A stretch of 64,000 nucleotides of DNA from a virus. The position numbers were made by a program, and so were the translations under genes. The notes beneath the pieces are model-generated. The model saw nothing but the letters and a program-made list of their open reading frames with translations. It was not told where the DNA came from and searched no databases. The stretch is from the IMG/VR virus record IMGVR_UViG_3300017774_006254, positions 64,001 through 128,000 of that record; one strand, 5' to 3'. Shown here in pieces: positions 36,662 through 45,778 of the stretch (positions are counted from its first letter, which is position 1; every line of letters begins with the position of its first letter).

Positions 36662-37909
36662 GTGACGGTGCATCAGAACCCGAAGATCGTATCTCTCTCT
36701 CCCAATAGGCCAGCAAGCGTCGACGTACGGGCGGCACTACTGGCCGCTCCTTCGTCATTTCTTGACAGCATCGGCCTGACGGTCGAAGACGTAGAGAGTA
36801 TGGGAACACAGAGAGACCGCGTTCCTTCGATCGGCGAGGGGCACTACGCTCACGCGTACGCGCTCCCCAATGGCATGGTTCTCAAGGTCACAGACGACCC
36901 GGACGACGCTGCCGCGGCTGACGTGGTCAGGAAGGCAAACGAGAGAGGAGAATTCCCAGTTGGCATCCTGCACGTCACTGCCGTGAAAAAGTTCAGGACG
37001 CAGGTCTACGAGAACGAGCGAGAACCGAACGAGCTTCGGGACATCTTCGCTATCGTATCTGAGCCTGTCATGTCGCTGAAGGATAGGATTTGGGGCGCGT
37101 TCCTTATGATCGGGCAGAAGCGCCGGTGGAAAGGGCGCGCAGACGGAATGCTCGTGAAACCGTTCTTCGGATACATGGTTCGCAATGGAATCAGGTCCAT
37201 CGAGGAATTCCTTCGAGCGAAAAGCGACCACTCAAGCGACTACACAGACTTCGCGTGGACGCTGGCACTTGAAGCTCCTGAGGTCGTAGAGATCTTCGAC
37301 GAGGTGCTAGAGGGTGCCCACTGGATGGCTGGCCACGGCTTTCAAGTAACTGATATTCACATGGGCAACTTTGGGGTCGCTGCGGGTGGGCGCACCGTGC
37401 TGTTCGACTTTGGGCACGGCTCTCGCCTCGATGAGACCGTGCATTCTGCGGAAAACGTCGAGCTGATGGCAAACGGCCCGATGAAGCGCGTGGTCGCCGC
37501 CTTCGACGAGTGCTTCGCCGTCCTCGTGAAGGAATTCCCAGACTTCGGGAAGATCGAGCTTGTGAACGACGAGAAGGCTGGCTCGGACAATGGGCATGGC
37601 TCGGAGCGCCAGTTCGGATACTGCATGGACGGTCCGACCATCCGCATCGCGTTCGCCGCGAAGACAGACGCCCTGCCAGTCGCAAACATCCGCGGCCTGA
37701 TGGCTCACGAGTTCGGCCACGCCATCGATTTTAGGTACGGAGGCAAGCTGGGCAAGATGCTCGGACAGCGCCTCCCAGGGGGCATAGAGCGCCGCGCAGA
37801 CGCCATCGCGAAAGCAGTATTCGGTCGCACCATCAAGTACGACGGGAAAGACGTGCAATGCGTGGCGTGCCAGGGCGTCAGCGTGCGACCGCGCAGGCTG
37901 GGCGCGTGA
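36662..37909 (+). CDS. protein-kinase-like domain fused to a HEXXH metallopeptidase-like domain
   Basis: IGEGHYAHAY, VLKVT, DIHMGNF, LFDFG, then AHEFGHAID; start may be GTG 36668. Confidence 0.75.
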   Translation: MTVHQNPKIVSLSPNRPASVDVRAALLAAPSSFLDSIGLTVEDVESMGTQRDRVPSIGEGHYAHAYALPNGMVLKVTDDPDDAAAADVVRKANERGEFPVGILHVTAVKKFRTQVYENEREPNELRDIFAIVSEPVMSLKDRIWGAFLMIGQKRRWKGRADGMLVKPFFGYMVRNGIRSIEEFLRAKSDHSSDYTDFAWTLALEAPEVVEIFDEVLEGAHWMAGHGFQVTDIHMGNFGVAAGGRTVLFDFGHGSRLDETVHSAENVELMANGPMKRVVAAFDECFAVLVKEFPDFGKIELVNDEKAGSDNGHGSERQFGYCMDGPTIRIAFAAKTDALPVANIRGLMAHEFGHAIDFRYGGKLGKMLGQRLPGGIERRADAIAKAVFGRTIKYDGKDVQCVACQGVSVRPRRLGA

Positions 37910-37936
37910 GCGTGGCGGATGCGCTAGGATAGACGC

Positions 37937-38476
37937 ATGCCTAACGCGTTGGTTTTTGGAGACAGCACAGCAGGAGCCCCCGGCACAGCGGCGGCGACGG
38001 TGCTTCGAGCTAACGGTTACCAGGTGACCGTCATTCACAATGATGGGAAGTCGCCAATCGTGCAGACTCGTGCGCCGTACTGGGCTCAGTACGTCAACGC
38101 TGCTCGGGGAGCGGATGTGGTGCTGCTCATCTTCGGCAGTAACAGCTCAGCGAGCACAGCGCATCGTGTCGCCCTGGAGAAGCTGCGTGATGGTGTGAGG
38201 CCACCGGTCTTGATGAGCGGTCCGCCGATCTACAACGCCGAGCGACGGCCAATTGGTGACGCGCTTCGAGCGATGAACGCGCAGGTCTTCGGCCCTCGGT
38301 ACATTGATGCCTATCCGCACACGTCGCTGTCTCTTCCGCGAGCGCCGGACGGTGTGCATCTGACAGCTGCGGGGGCGGTGCCGTGGGGAACGGCGATGGC
38401 TCGGGGCGTGATGGACTTCATGGCAGATCCCAGTTCGTACCCTCGCGTGGGAGGCGCCTCCAGAAACCCTACCTGA
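37937..38476 (+). CDS. SGNH/GDSL hydrolase
   Basis: VFGDS, FGSN, PDGVHL blocks. Confidence 0.85.
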   Translation: MPNALVFGDSTAGAPGTAAATVLRANGYQVTVIHNDGKSPIVQTRAPYWAQYVNAARGADVVLLIFGSNSSASTAHRVALEKLRDGVRPPVLMSGPPIYNAERRPIGDALRAMNAQVFGPRYIDAYPHTSLSLPRAPDGVHLTAAGAVPWGTAMARGVMDFMADPSSYPRVGGASRNPT

Positions 38477-38530
38477 GCACCAGCGGACTGCTTCTCGCTG
38501 GTGCCTTGGTTCTGGGAATCGGGTGGTTGC

Positions 38531-38806
38531 TTACTCCTCGACGCTGACAATGTTTTCTGGCGCGAACATCACGTCGTCGTTCTTGTTGAGTTGGGCGAAG
38601 GCAAGCCCCTCAATGACCTTGCCCTTGTAGGGGATGTCAAGCGAGTGGTCGACGGCTGAGATTCGAACGACAGCTTCTTCTTGAAGTTTTCGATTCGTCA
38701 GTTCAATGAGCAGTCGCACGACGTCTCCGCGCCGAAGATTGCGTCGCAGTTCCAGAAGCGGTGGTTTCTTTTGACCTGCGTCGGCCGAGGCAAGCTTCCA
38801 GTTCAT
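38531..38806 (-). CDS. hypothetical SH3-like protein
   Basis: LRRGDVVRL..FAPENIV; coupled operon. Confidence 0.5.
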   Translation of the reverse strand: MNWKLASADAGQKKPPLLELRRNLRRGDVVRLLIELTNRKLQEEAVVRISAVDHSLDIPYKGKVIEGLAFAQLNKNDDVMFAPENIVSVEE

Positions 38807-39633
38807 CCTTCGAGATCGTCCATGGAGATCATTTCCGGTGGGACGATGTCTACGATTCCGCACTGATTGAGCACCGCTCGCCCAACGTGCGTGGAGAGCT
38901 GTAGGTCGAGCATGGCGGCGTCGACCTGCATGTGCTGGTGGAGCCCCAAGATCAGATCGGGCCATGTCTTCGGGGTCCATCCCGAGTTCTTCAGCGTCTG
39001 GAGTCTGTCTCGAACCTGATCGAGAAACGCGGGGCTCTCTGGCATCTTCTCTTCGTCCGATTCGTACTCCCTTCGTTCCCAGGGCATCAGAGGGGTAATC
39101 TCCGCTCCGTGTCCAGCCATGGGATCAATGGTCTCTGGAGCGACCATCATGTCCGTCATCCCTGGCGACGTCTCGGGGTTGAACGGAACGGCAATCGGCT
39201 TGTACGGGGCCTGTATCGAGATCATCGGAGCAGGCTCGGCAGTGGCTGCTGGCGCGTACCTCATTGGAGCATCATCGAGCCAAGACTTCGAGAGAAGTCC
39301 TGCGTCCAAGCCGAGACGATCGAGCCACTCTTTTTCCATTTCCCGAAGTGGCGTGTCGCTACTGCCGTAGATCAGGGCGTGGAGCTGAAACGGCTTCTGA
39401 GCAAGAGGCTCGGGAACGCCGCTCTCTGCCTTCACCATCTCGGCCGCAAGGGCTGCGATGGCCACACCTTGCCTGAGCCCCTCGAAGTAAGCCATCTGCT
39501 CGATCTTGCCGACGTTGCGAAGCGCTTCGCTTCCGGCGACATCTGGCAGGCCGTTCTGAGCAAGGGCTCGAAAGAGTCCAGCGTGAAGAAGGTTGAACCG
39601 ACGCTCATCCGCTTCAAATCGAAACCTGATCAT
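38803..39633 (-). CDS. hypothetical protein
   Basis: ATGA-coupled minus-strand operon. Confidence 0.6.
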   Translation of the reverse strand: MIRFRFEADERRFNLLHAGLFRALAQNGLPDVAGSEALRNVGKIEQMAYFEGLRQGVAIAALAAEMVKAESGVPEPLAQKPFQLHALIYGSSDTPLREMEKEWLDRLGLDAGLLSKSWLDDAPMRYAPAATAEPAPMISIQAPYKPIAVPFNPETSPGMTDMMVAPETIDPMAGHGAEITPLMPWERREYESDEEKMPESPAFLDQVRDRLQTLKNSGWTPKTWPDLILGLHQHMQVDAAMLDLQLSTHVGRAVLNQCGIVDIVPPEMISMDDLEG

Positions 39634-40016
39634 TCTTCTTCCTCGTCTTCGTTGTCATCGTCGATCTCACTCGGCTCCTCCTCATCGTCAATTTCCCATG
39701 ACGATGAAGCGATGCGTGGTGTCAGCGCAGAGCGAAACCGACTGATCCAGTGCGCGAGAGTCGTCTCTGACTGCGATACATCGTCGAGGAACGACCCTTG
39801 TTCCTTGAGCCACCGCTCGAAGTCGTCACGCGAATGTGCTGCGCCACCGTCGGCGCAGTCCACGACCTTCACTTCTCGCACGCCCCCCACTTGGCTCAGC
39901 TTTGTGCAGGTGATCTTGAGCCACTGCGGAAGTGTGGTGGCCTTCACCTTCACCTCATCGAGGGCATCTTCCCGATGGTCGTCAAGCCAGTCGTCGAACT
40001 CGTCTCGCGTCATCAT
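39630..40016 (-). CDS. acidic protein with internal duplication
   Basis: TRDEFDDWL..TTLPQW and SRDDFERWL..TTLAHW repeats, acidic tail. Confidence 0.6.
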   Translation of the reverse strand: MMTRDEFDDWLDDHREDALDEVKVKATTLPQWLKITCTKLSQVGGVREVKVVDCADGGAAHSRDDFERWLKEQGSFLDDVSQSETTLAHWISRFRSALTPRIASSSWEIDDEEEPSEIDDDNEDEEEE

Positions 40017-40459
40017 GACGGTTTTGATTCCGGAGCTGGGAGCTTCACGGCGGGCCCTTCAAGGTTCTCGACGACCAGAGCCATTGCCCTCAGAAACACC
40101 TCTCCTTGCTCAGGAGGAAAGTTCGTCGTGAGAAGCTTCTTGGCCCAGTCGATCTTCACGCACCGATCGTAGATGACGCCGTCGATGGTTTCTGGACTGC
40201 GCTCAAGAGGCGCTACCTCGTACTCAGCGACCGCTCGAATCACACACTCGCGGAACTTCGGCACCCCAATCATCCCCGTGGCCCCTGGGATGACATACTT
40301 GACGCGATTGTTCTTCACGAAGAACAGAATCACAGTCGGAGAGCCGAGGAACGTCATGGCGGCGTCCTGGGCTTCGATGGCCTGCGCTTCAGCTTTTTCA
40401 ATCAGGCTAGCCAGGCTTCCGGAGACTATCGGGCTGAAGATCAGGTCTTTTTTCTTCAT
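40013..40459 (-). CDS. hypothetical protein
   Basis: first gene of minus operon, MKKKDLIF start. Confidence 0.55.
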   Translation of the reverse strand: MKKKDLIFSPIVSGSLASLIEKAEAQAIEAQDAAMTFLGSPTVILFFVKNNRVKYVIPGATGMIGVPKFRECVIRAVAEYEVAPLERSPETIDGVIYDRCVKIDWAKKLLTTNFPPEQGEVFLRAMALVVENLEGPAVKLPAPESKPS

Positions 40460-40478
40460 CGGGCGATAGTGCTTGAAC

Positions 40479-40487
40479 TGTCCGACA
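40479..40487. promoter_or_regulatory. TGTCNGACA operator
   Basis: TGTCCGACA in the divergent intergenic region 40460-40521. Confidence 0.6.
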
Positions 40488-40521
40488 AAGGCAAACCCGT
40501 TCGAATCGGCTAGCATTGGGC

Positions 40522-41229
40522 ATGTCATACGCGACGAAGCGCACATCTCTTGGGCAGGTAGACGTTGGTAGCGCTCCTGGTGGAGGTGTCATCCGAAGCA
40601 AGAATGGCTTTTCCTACCAGCTGACACCGGAGGATTTGCTTTGGCTCGCGCGGTCCGTGCAGTACGAAGCGGGCAATTATGCGGCAACCGCCTGGACCTA
40701 CGCGCAGCGCCTTGCAATGGCACGCGGAAGCAGTCTCAAGAACCTCGTGCAAGCGCATAGTCAGCCTATCAACCCCATCTGGCGTCGGGACGGTGACAAG
40801 TGCCGTCCAGGCGGCACGTATCATGGCCGCGACGAGTGCTCTGAGCGCAGGCTTGCCGTGCGCGATCAAGCCGCCTCGCTTCCCTGGACCAGCGTGCGCC
40901 CTGAAGTTCGCGAAACGATTGTGAAGTTCGCGACGGGGCGCCTGCCAAATCCTGTCCCTCGCGCTGCCAACTTTGCGAATGCGCCAGTCACACAAGGCTA
41001 TCTCTCGCGCAACCCCGACTCAGCTATCGTGCTGCGCGACGGCAACTGGTACATCACCGAACGGGCAACGAACTCTTGGCCAGCGGATTTCGTGACCATC
41101 GAAAGCGACGGGCGAATCGCCGGACCCGCAGTTGCCGTCGGAGCAACCGTTGTCGGTGCCGTGGGGGTTGCGGCAGCGGCGAGTTTTGCCTGGTGGGCTT
41201 ACTCGACGAAGTATAAGAAGCGAAGATGA
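40522..41229 (+). CDS. MSY-family protein, SleB-like hydrolase motif, C-terminal TM
   Basis: MSY..SLGQV; DLLWLARSVQYEAG; TM then KYKKRR. Confidence 0.6.
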   Translation: MSYATKRTSLGQVDVGSAPGGGVIRSKNGFSYQLTPEDLLWLARSVQYEAGNYAATAWTYAQRLAMARGSSLKNLVQAHSQPINPIWRRDGDKCRPGGTYHGRDECSERRLAVRDQAASLPWTSVRPEVRETIVKFATGRLPNPVPRAANFANAPVTQGYLSRNPDSAIVLRDGNWYITERATNSWPADFVTIESDGRIAGPAVAVGATVVGAVGVAAAASFAWWAYSTKYKKRR

Positions 41230-41621
41230 TCGAACTTGTCCGTCCAATTCGAGTTGGGTTCTGGAGGCCAGTTACGCAGCCAGCGAAGTCAGCAAAATCG
41301 CTACTTGGGCAACTTCTTGAGGGCTTGGACGACTGTCTTTCTCCCGAGCCCGATGTGCGCAAGTTCGTCAGTCGCAACTGGAATGCTGAAGAGCGACAGG
41401 TCGTAGCCGAATACGTCGAAGATCAGCGGTTTCGTTCAGCGGTGTACTTCGGAAGCTCCCGTTGTCGATTTTGCGGCAAAGAGAACGGAGTCGCCGACTT
41501 TACGGACAAGACGTATGTCTGGCCGGAAGGTTTTGGCCATTACTTGCGTGAACACAGTGTTCGTCCTCCGTTGGAGTTCGTCGCGCATGTACGCCGCCGC
41601 CTTCGGGATGGTTTGCGTTAG
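41226..41621 (+). CDS. hypothetical protein
   Basis: GSSRCRFCG..WPEGFGHYLREHSVRPP. Confidence 0.65.
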   Translation: MIELVRPIRVGFWRPVTQPAKSAKSLLGQLLEGLDDCLSPEPDVRKFVSRNWNAEERQVVAEYVEDQRFRSAVYFGSSRCRFCGKENGVADFTDKTYVWPEGFGHYLREHSVRPPLEFVAHVRRRLRDGLR

Positions 41622-42661
41622 GTGACGATGCCCCTGGCAAGCTCTTCGGCCGCGGCACGCACCTTCAAGAACATCTCTTCGTGAGACTTTGTGGGACCGC
41701 TGATCTTGTGTAGGTAGATAGCTGTTGTGTTGGGCGTGGCATGGCCCAGGAAGGCCTGGATGTCCTGAAGACGGGCTCCAGCCTTGTCCAGATCGCGAGC
41801 GGCCATGTGACGCAGACCGTGCAGGCGTACGGTGGCCAGGTCTACTTCGGCTCGTTTTGCGGCCCGAGCCAAGATCTTGTTCATCATGCGCGGGGACAGG
41901 GGTTTGTTTGGCTCGCACTTCTCCGTGAGCGCGCAGTCTCGCATCGAGCAGAAGACGCCATCGTCAGGACCCAACCCTTGAAGGCGACCAGCAGCAATCC
42001 AGTACGCTTTGAGAGCCTCGTAGCAGATGCTTGGTATCTCGAAGTGCTTCACGGCGCCGCCCTTCACTCGGCATCGGTATGACCGTGGTGTCGCTTTGAG
42101 ATCGAGGTCTTTTAGGCAAAGCGAGGCGACTTCAGTGCGACGGCGGCCAGTGAAGGCGAAGAACAGCAAGATGGCCCGATCGCGAATTCCAGCAGCATCC
42201 GATGGGAGCTTGTCTAGTATCAGCTTGAACGTCTGCCACTCCATCGGAATGGCATGTCCGTAGGGCGTAGGCTTGATGTCCGAGCGAGGAACGTGCTCAA
42301 ACGGGTTGTATCTAAGAAGCGGTTCCCCGTTCGCGCCGCTAGGCTTGCGCAAGAAGTCGAAGTACGAACTCATGGCGGAGATTCTGTAGTACGCCGTCGA
42401 AGCCCCGACGTTCTCCATGAGGTGCTTCTTGAACCCAACGGCATGGGCCACCGTTACATCTTCGGGGCACATCCAGTTGTAGAGCGTGAAGAACTGCTTG
42501 ATCGAGGTACGGTACGCACGCTTCGTGTTTTCGGGCTTTCCTTCGAGGAAAGCAGCCAGCATCAACAGATGGCTCTTCAACTTCACGTTGTCCCCATTGC
42601 CGAACCTGGACAACGAAGCACTGTCTCGTGGCACGAACGTAAGTTCAGTAGCGGTACTCAT
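41618..42661 (-). CDS. tyrosine recombinase/integrase (XerC/D-like)
   Basis: RDRAILLFFAFTGRRRTE, VKGG, HGLRH, LGHA, TTAIY catalytic residues; N-terminal SAM-like domain. Confidence 0.92.
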   Translation of the reverse strand: MSTATELTFVPRDSASLSRFGNGDNVKLKSHLLMLAAFLEGKPENTKRAYRTSIKQFFTLYNWMCPEDVTVAHAVGFKKHLMENVGASTAYYRISAMSSYFDFLRKPSGANGEPLLRYNPFEHVPRSDIKPTPYGHAIPMEWQTFKLILDKLPSDAAGIRDRAILLFFAFTGRRRTEVASLCLKDLDLKATPRSYRCRVKGGAVKHFEIPSICYEALKAYWIAAGRLQGLGPDDGVFCSMRDCALTEKCEPNKPLSPRMMNKILARAAKRAEVDLATVRLHGLRHMAARDLDKAGARLQDIQAFLGHATPNTTAIYLHKISGPTKSHEEMFLKVRAAAEELARGIVT

Positions 42662-42681
42662 GCGAAGAACAATACTCCTTC

Positions 42682-42706
42682 TTGACACCAAGTGCTCTGT
42701 CTGACA
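42682..42706. promoter_or_regulatory. TTGACA box plus TGTCNGACA operator
   Basis: TTGACA 42682-42687 and TGTCTGACA 42698-42706 between the integrase and a divergent gene. Confidence 0.6.
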
Positions 42707-42748
42707 CGGTGAACATCCTGACATCTATTTGTCGGAAAGGACGTACAA

Positions 42749-42958
42749 GTGAGCAAAGTTTCTGAGTTGACGGCGAAGAAGAACGCCAAGGTTGAAGTGC
42801 GAGTTCCAGTCCACATGCAGAAGGAGCACAAGCTTGCCGAGACTGTCACCGGCAAGGTCGGCGACATCCGCACAGAAGGTCGCTTGGCGCGCGTGACGGT
42901 CCTCGTCAGAGGCAAGCCGTTCGAGTTCCGGCCCCAGGACATTTCTCTCGTCTCCTGA
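42749..42958 (+). CDS. small SH3-like protein
   Basis: AGGA RBS, beta-rich basic 69 aa. Confidence 0.55.
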   Translation: MSKVSELTAKKNAKVEVRVPVHMQKEHKLAETVTGKVGDIRTEGRLARVTVLVRGKPFEFRPQDISLVS

Positions 42959-43042
42959 ATTCGCCTTCGCCTCGGCGCGGTGGCCAGTGCACCGGAGATC
43001 ACAGCGGACTGGAAAGCCAGAGCCGCTGTTGTCTTTTCTGAA

Positions 43043-43116
43043 GCTCCCGTAGCTCAGTTGGATAGAGCAGTCGCTTCCTAAGCGAAAGGTCCCAGGTTCA
43101 ACTCCTGGTGGGAGCG
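43043..43116 (+). tRNA. tRNA-Arg (anticodon CCT)
   Basis: acceptor GCTCCCG/TGGGAGC, D arm AGCTCAGTTGGATAGAGC, loop TTCCTAA, T arm CCAGG-TTCAACT-CCTGG; no encoded CCA. Confidence 0.93.
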
Positions 43117-43413
43117 TGTGTCGAAAGTCGTTGCTATGTAGTGGCCCGCGAAGTACCATGGGGAATGGTCGAAAGCGCAGCGTACGCGGCAGAATTTGAA
43201 CTCGAAACGAGAAGCGCGCAAAGCTCTCGCCTTAGCATCCTTGGCCAGAGCACTAAGATTTGCAGGGGAGACTTTGTGCGCGTCATCGATGGCCCATTGA
43301 AGGGGCGCGGTGGACTTGTCGTCTACGCGTCTATCCACTTTGCGTCCGTCCACTTTGCGTCCGATGGAAAGATTCGCGTTCTTGAGCAACTGCAACTCGC
43401 GGTGGGCCAATGA
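43108..43413 (+). CDS. KOW-motif protein
   Basis: GDFVRVIDGPLKGRGGLV; true start probably downstream of the tRNA. Confidence 0.45.
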   Translation: MGACVESRCYVVAREVPWGMVESAAYAAEFELETRSAQSSRLSILGQSTKICRGDFVRVIDGPLKGRGGLVVYASIHFASVHFASDGKIRVLEQLQLAVGQ

Positions 43414-43604
43414 AGCTACACCACGCGGTCCTCACTGCCGAGAAGATGCTCGAACGACAAGACCTCTCATCAGAAGAACGCATCGCTCTTGTCGTCGTGA
43501 CTCGATTCTCGAAGAGAGTGCTTGCCGCAAAGCGGGCCATCCGATCTCTCGAAAAAGCTGTCAGCGGAGAAGACCTGAACCAGGACGAGTTGCCTGCCGG
43601 ATGA
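43410..43604 (+). CDS. hypothetical protein
   Basis: ATGA overlaps. Confidence 0.5.
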   Translation: MKLHHAVLTAEKMLERQDLSSEERIALVVVTRFSKRVLAAKRAIRSLEKAVSGEDLNQDELPAG

Positions 43605-44017
43605 TAGAGTTGGTCATGCGTAACACGGGCAAAGAAGCACTGCGTCGGCTAGGAGCATTTGTCTGTGGCATCTGCGACGAGCTGTCTGAGAAAGCGGGCT
43701 CTGTTGTCCCGCAGGACGTGCAAGTGGGCATCTACGCCGTAGGGACGACTATCGACGTGTGCGCCGCCTGCCTAGAGCGGCACAGCGAAGAAGCACAGCG
43801 AAAGCAGGCCGAACTCAAGCGCCAGGACGAACACCGTCGTCGAATGGACGAAATCGAGAGGAACCACAAGAAGTGGATGGACAAGCATCTCGAAAAAGCC
43901 ATTCCGCTCCTGTCCGTGACGCACAGTTCAAGCAGCTCCTCCTACAAGCACAGCTGCATTCAAGCTCATGATGATTTGATGGCGGCCACAAACGGTCGCT
44001 TCGGAACGAGACGCTGA
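43601..44017 (+). CDS. Zn-finger/coiled-coil hypothetical protein
   Basis: CGIC..CAAC. Confidence 0.5.
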   Translation: MIELVMRNTGKEALRRLGAFVCGICDELSEKAGSVVPQDVQVGIYAVGTTIDVCAACLERHSEEAQRKQAELKRQDEHRRRMDEIERNHKKWMDKHLEKAIPLLSVTHSSSSSSYKHSCIQAHDDLMAATNGRFGTRR

Positions 44018-44022
44018 CGACC

Positions 44023-44256
44023 ATGGCCGACCCGATTCACCACTGCGAACTCTGCGGAAGGAAGCTGGGTCAAATTCGCATCGAGCTTCCGCAGGACATG
44101 ATCGCCCGTATTGAGCTGGAGTCGGAGATGGTAGAAGACCCGACGTGCCTTCGGTTTTGTGACCAGAAGTGCAAGAAACGCTGGGGCGATTTGAAGCAGC
44201 AGGCTGCTTGGAAGGCTCACGGCGCGCTCTGTATGTGCCCCAGATGTCTCAGGTGA
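44023..44256 (+). CDS. small Cys-rich protein
   Basis: CELC..CDQKC..CMCPRC. Confidence 0.5.
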   Translation: MADPIHHCELCGRKLGQIRIELPQDMIARIELESEMVEDPTCLRFCDQKCKKRWGDLKQQAAWKAHGALCMCPRCLR

Positions 44257-44278
44257 GCGCGCGTGTTACGATCTGCGC

Positions 44279-45778
44279 ATGAGCTACAGTCACAGCCTCG
44301 GGGCCGGTCTATCAGCGCCACTGCTCTCCGCTTCGAATGCGGTGTTGCCGAAGAACACCCTGTCGGTGGCTCCGAAGGCTGCGACTGCGCCTGTGTCAAC
44401 GGATCCGTTTCAGATTGTTCCACCAGAGTGCAGCCGCATGCGTCCTACCGGCACCAGCATCTACCCCACGATTGCTGCGGGTCAGATTGCTATGTTCACT
44501 TGGCCGTATGTGACGCTGGATGACGTCCAGGTTCGGTCTGCGCTTGATGCCATCGTTGGGAACGGTTCACAGGGCGGAGGGCCAGCTGTACTTGCGGGTT
44601 TGGTGAGTGCTGTCAGCTCAGCCGTTGTTGCGACGTCTACCGCTCAGACAGGGCAGGTGACGTCCGACGCTGTGCGCGCAAGAGCGGTCGCCCTTGCTCC
44701 TGCTTTTTTGGCAGCGGGTTTCATCAGAGATGCCGAGGTGAATCAGTCGGTCACGCGGGGGTACTTGTGGATCGCTGCATCTTGGACTGCGGCTCAGAAT
44801 GTCAACGAAGCGAAGCGAATCGTGACGTCTGTTCTGAGGTCCGCGCTTCCTCCTGATGCTCTGTGGACGGGAGCAACGCTTCCATCGGGGAAGGTCAAGG
44901 CGATCTCGGGACTTGTCACGGCAGTGGCGAACGAGTCGGACGTTGCGCTTGAAGCTGCCGCGAAGGAGTCGGTAGTCAGTTTCGTCGAAGCCGCGAGCGC
45001 TCTGGCTTCGGTTGTTGCCACGGTGCTTGGTGGAAGAACCGTATCGAGCGCTGCGGTGGCTATGCGAAACGAGTTCAGCACTTCGTCCGAGAGGATGAGG
45101 AAAGCTGCTTTGGCCATCCAGTCGGCCACCAGCTTGGTCGGTCAAGTTGAGGCCGTGGCTGCGGCGGCGATGGCTCTCCCGGCTGAAGCGCAGAATACGG
45201 CGGGCATTGCGCTACAGGAGATGCAGCAGCGTCTCCGAGAGAGCAAGAGTTGGATCACGGACGGCATGCAGAATGCGCGTTCCGTTCTGGAAACCTGTGC
45301 GCAAGAGACCAACGGAACGGGAGGCATCGCTCGTCGTCTTCGAGATCTCGTGTACGAAGATGCCCGAGCGACCATCGATCGACGAGGCGTACCTACGGTG
45401 GCACGTGAGTACGCAAAGTGTCAGCTGTGGAAGCGGGCTCAGCAGCAGCTGGACAACGAGCTTCGAGGCCTGGCCGCAGAGCTGAGCGGCGCATGCACTG
45501 TTGCTGGCGGCCTCATTCAGAATGGCAATTCACTCGAAGCTTTGATCGCGACTGTCGACGCCGCACTTGCTCGTCTCGACTTCGTCATCTCTCAGCTCCG
45601 GATGAACTGGTGGTCGCGTGACTACATGGGAGTACCAGTCGGCTACTGGATTGGTGGCGCATCTGCGATTGCTCTGGTTGGTGGCGGCCTTGTGATTCGG
45701 TCCATCAAGCGAAGGAGAGCGACAGCTGCGCCACCCAAGCCTGCGCCAGTATCCAAGAACAGGAGGAGATCTCGATGA
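44279..45778 (+). CDS. MSY-family Ala-rich helical protein with C-terminal TM
   Basis: MSYSHSLGA; TM YWIGGASAIALVGGGLVI; tail SKNRRRSR. Confidence 0.7.
   Translation: MSYSHSLGAGLSAPLLSASNAVLPKNTLSVAPKAATAPVSTDPFQIVPPECSRMRPTGTSIYPTIAAGQIAMFTWPYVTLDDVQVRSALDAIVGNGSQGGGPAVLAGLVSAVSSAVVATSTAQTGQVTSDAVRARAVALAPAFLAAGFIRDAEVNQSVTRGYLWIAASWTAAQNVNEAKRIVTSVLRSALPPDALWTGATLPSGKVKAISGLVTAVANESDVALEAAAKESVVSFVEAASALASVVATVLGGRTVSSAAVAMRNEFSTSSERMRKAALAIQSATSLVGQVEAVAAAAMALPAEAQNTAGIALQEMQQRLRESKSWITDGMQNARSVLETCAQETNGTGGIARRLRDLVYEDARATIDRRGVPTVAREYAKCQLWKRAQQQLDNELRGLAAELSGACTVAGGLIQNGNSLEALIATVDAALARLDFVISQLRMNWWSRDYMGVPVGYWIGGASAIALVGGGLVIRSIKRRRATAAPPKPAPVSKNRRRSR

Noticed and set aside
43333-43363. 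15-bp tandem duplication TCCACTTTGCGTCCG
   Set aside because: Two copies only, in-frame within a small ORF; likely slippage, not an array
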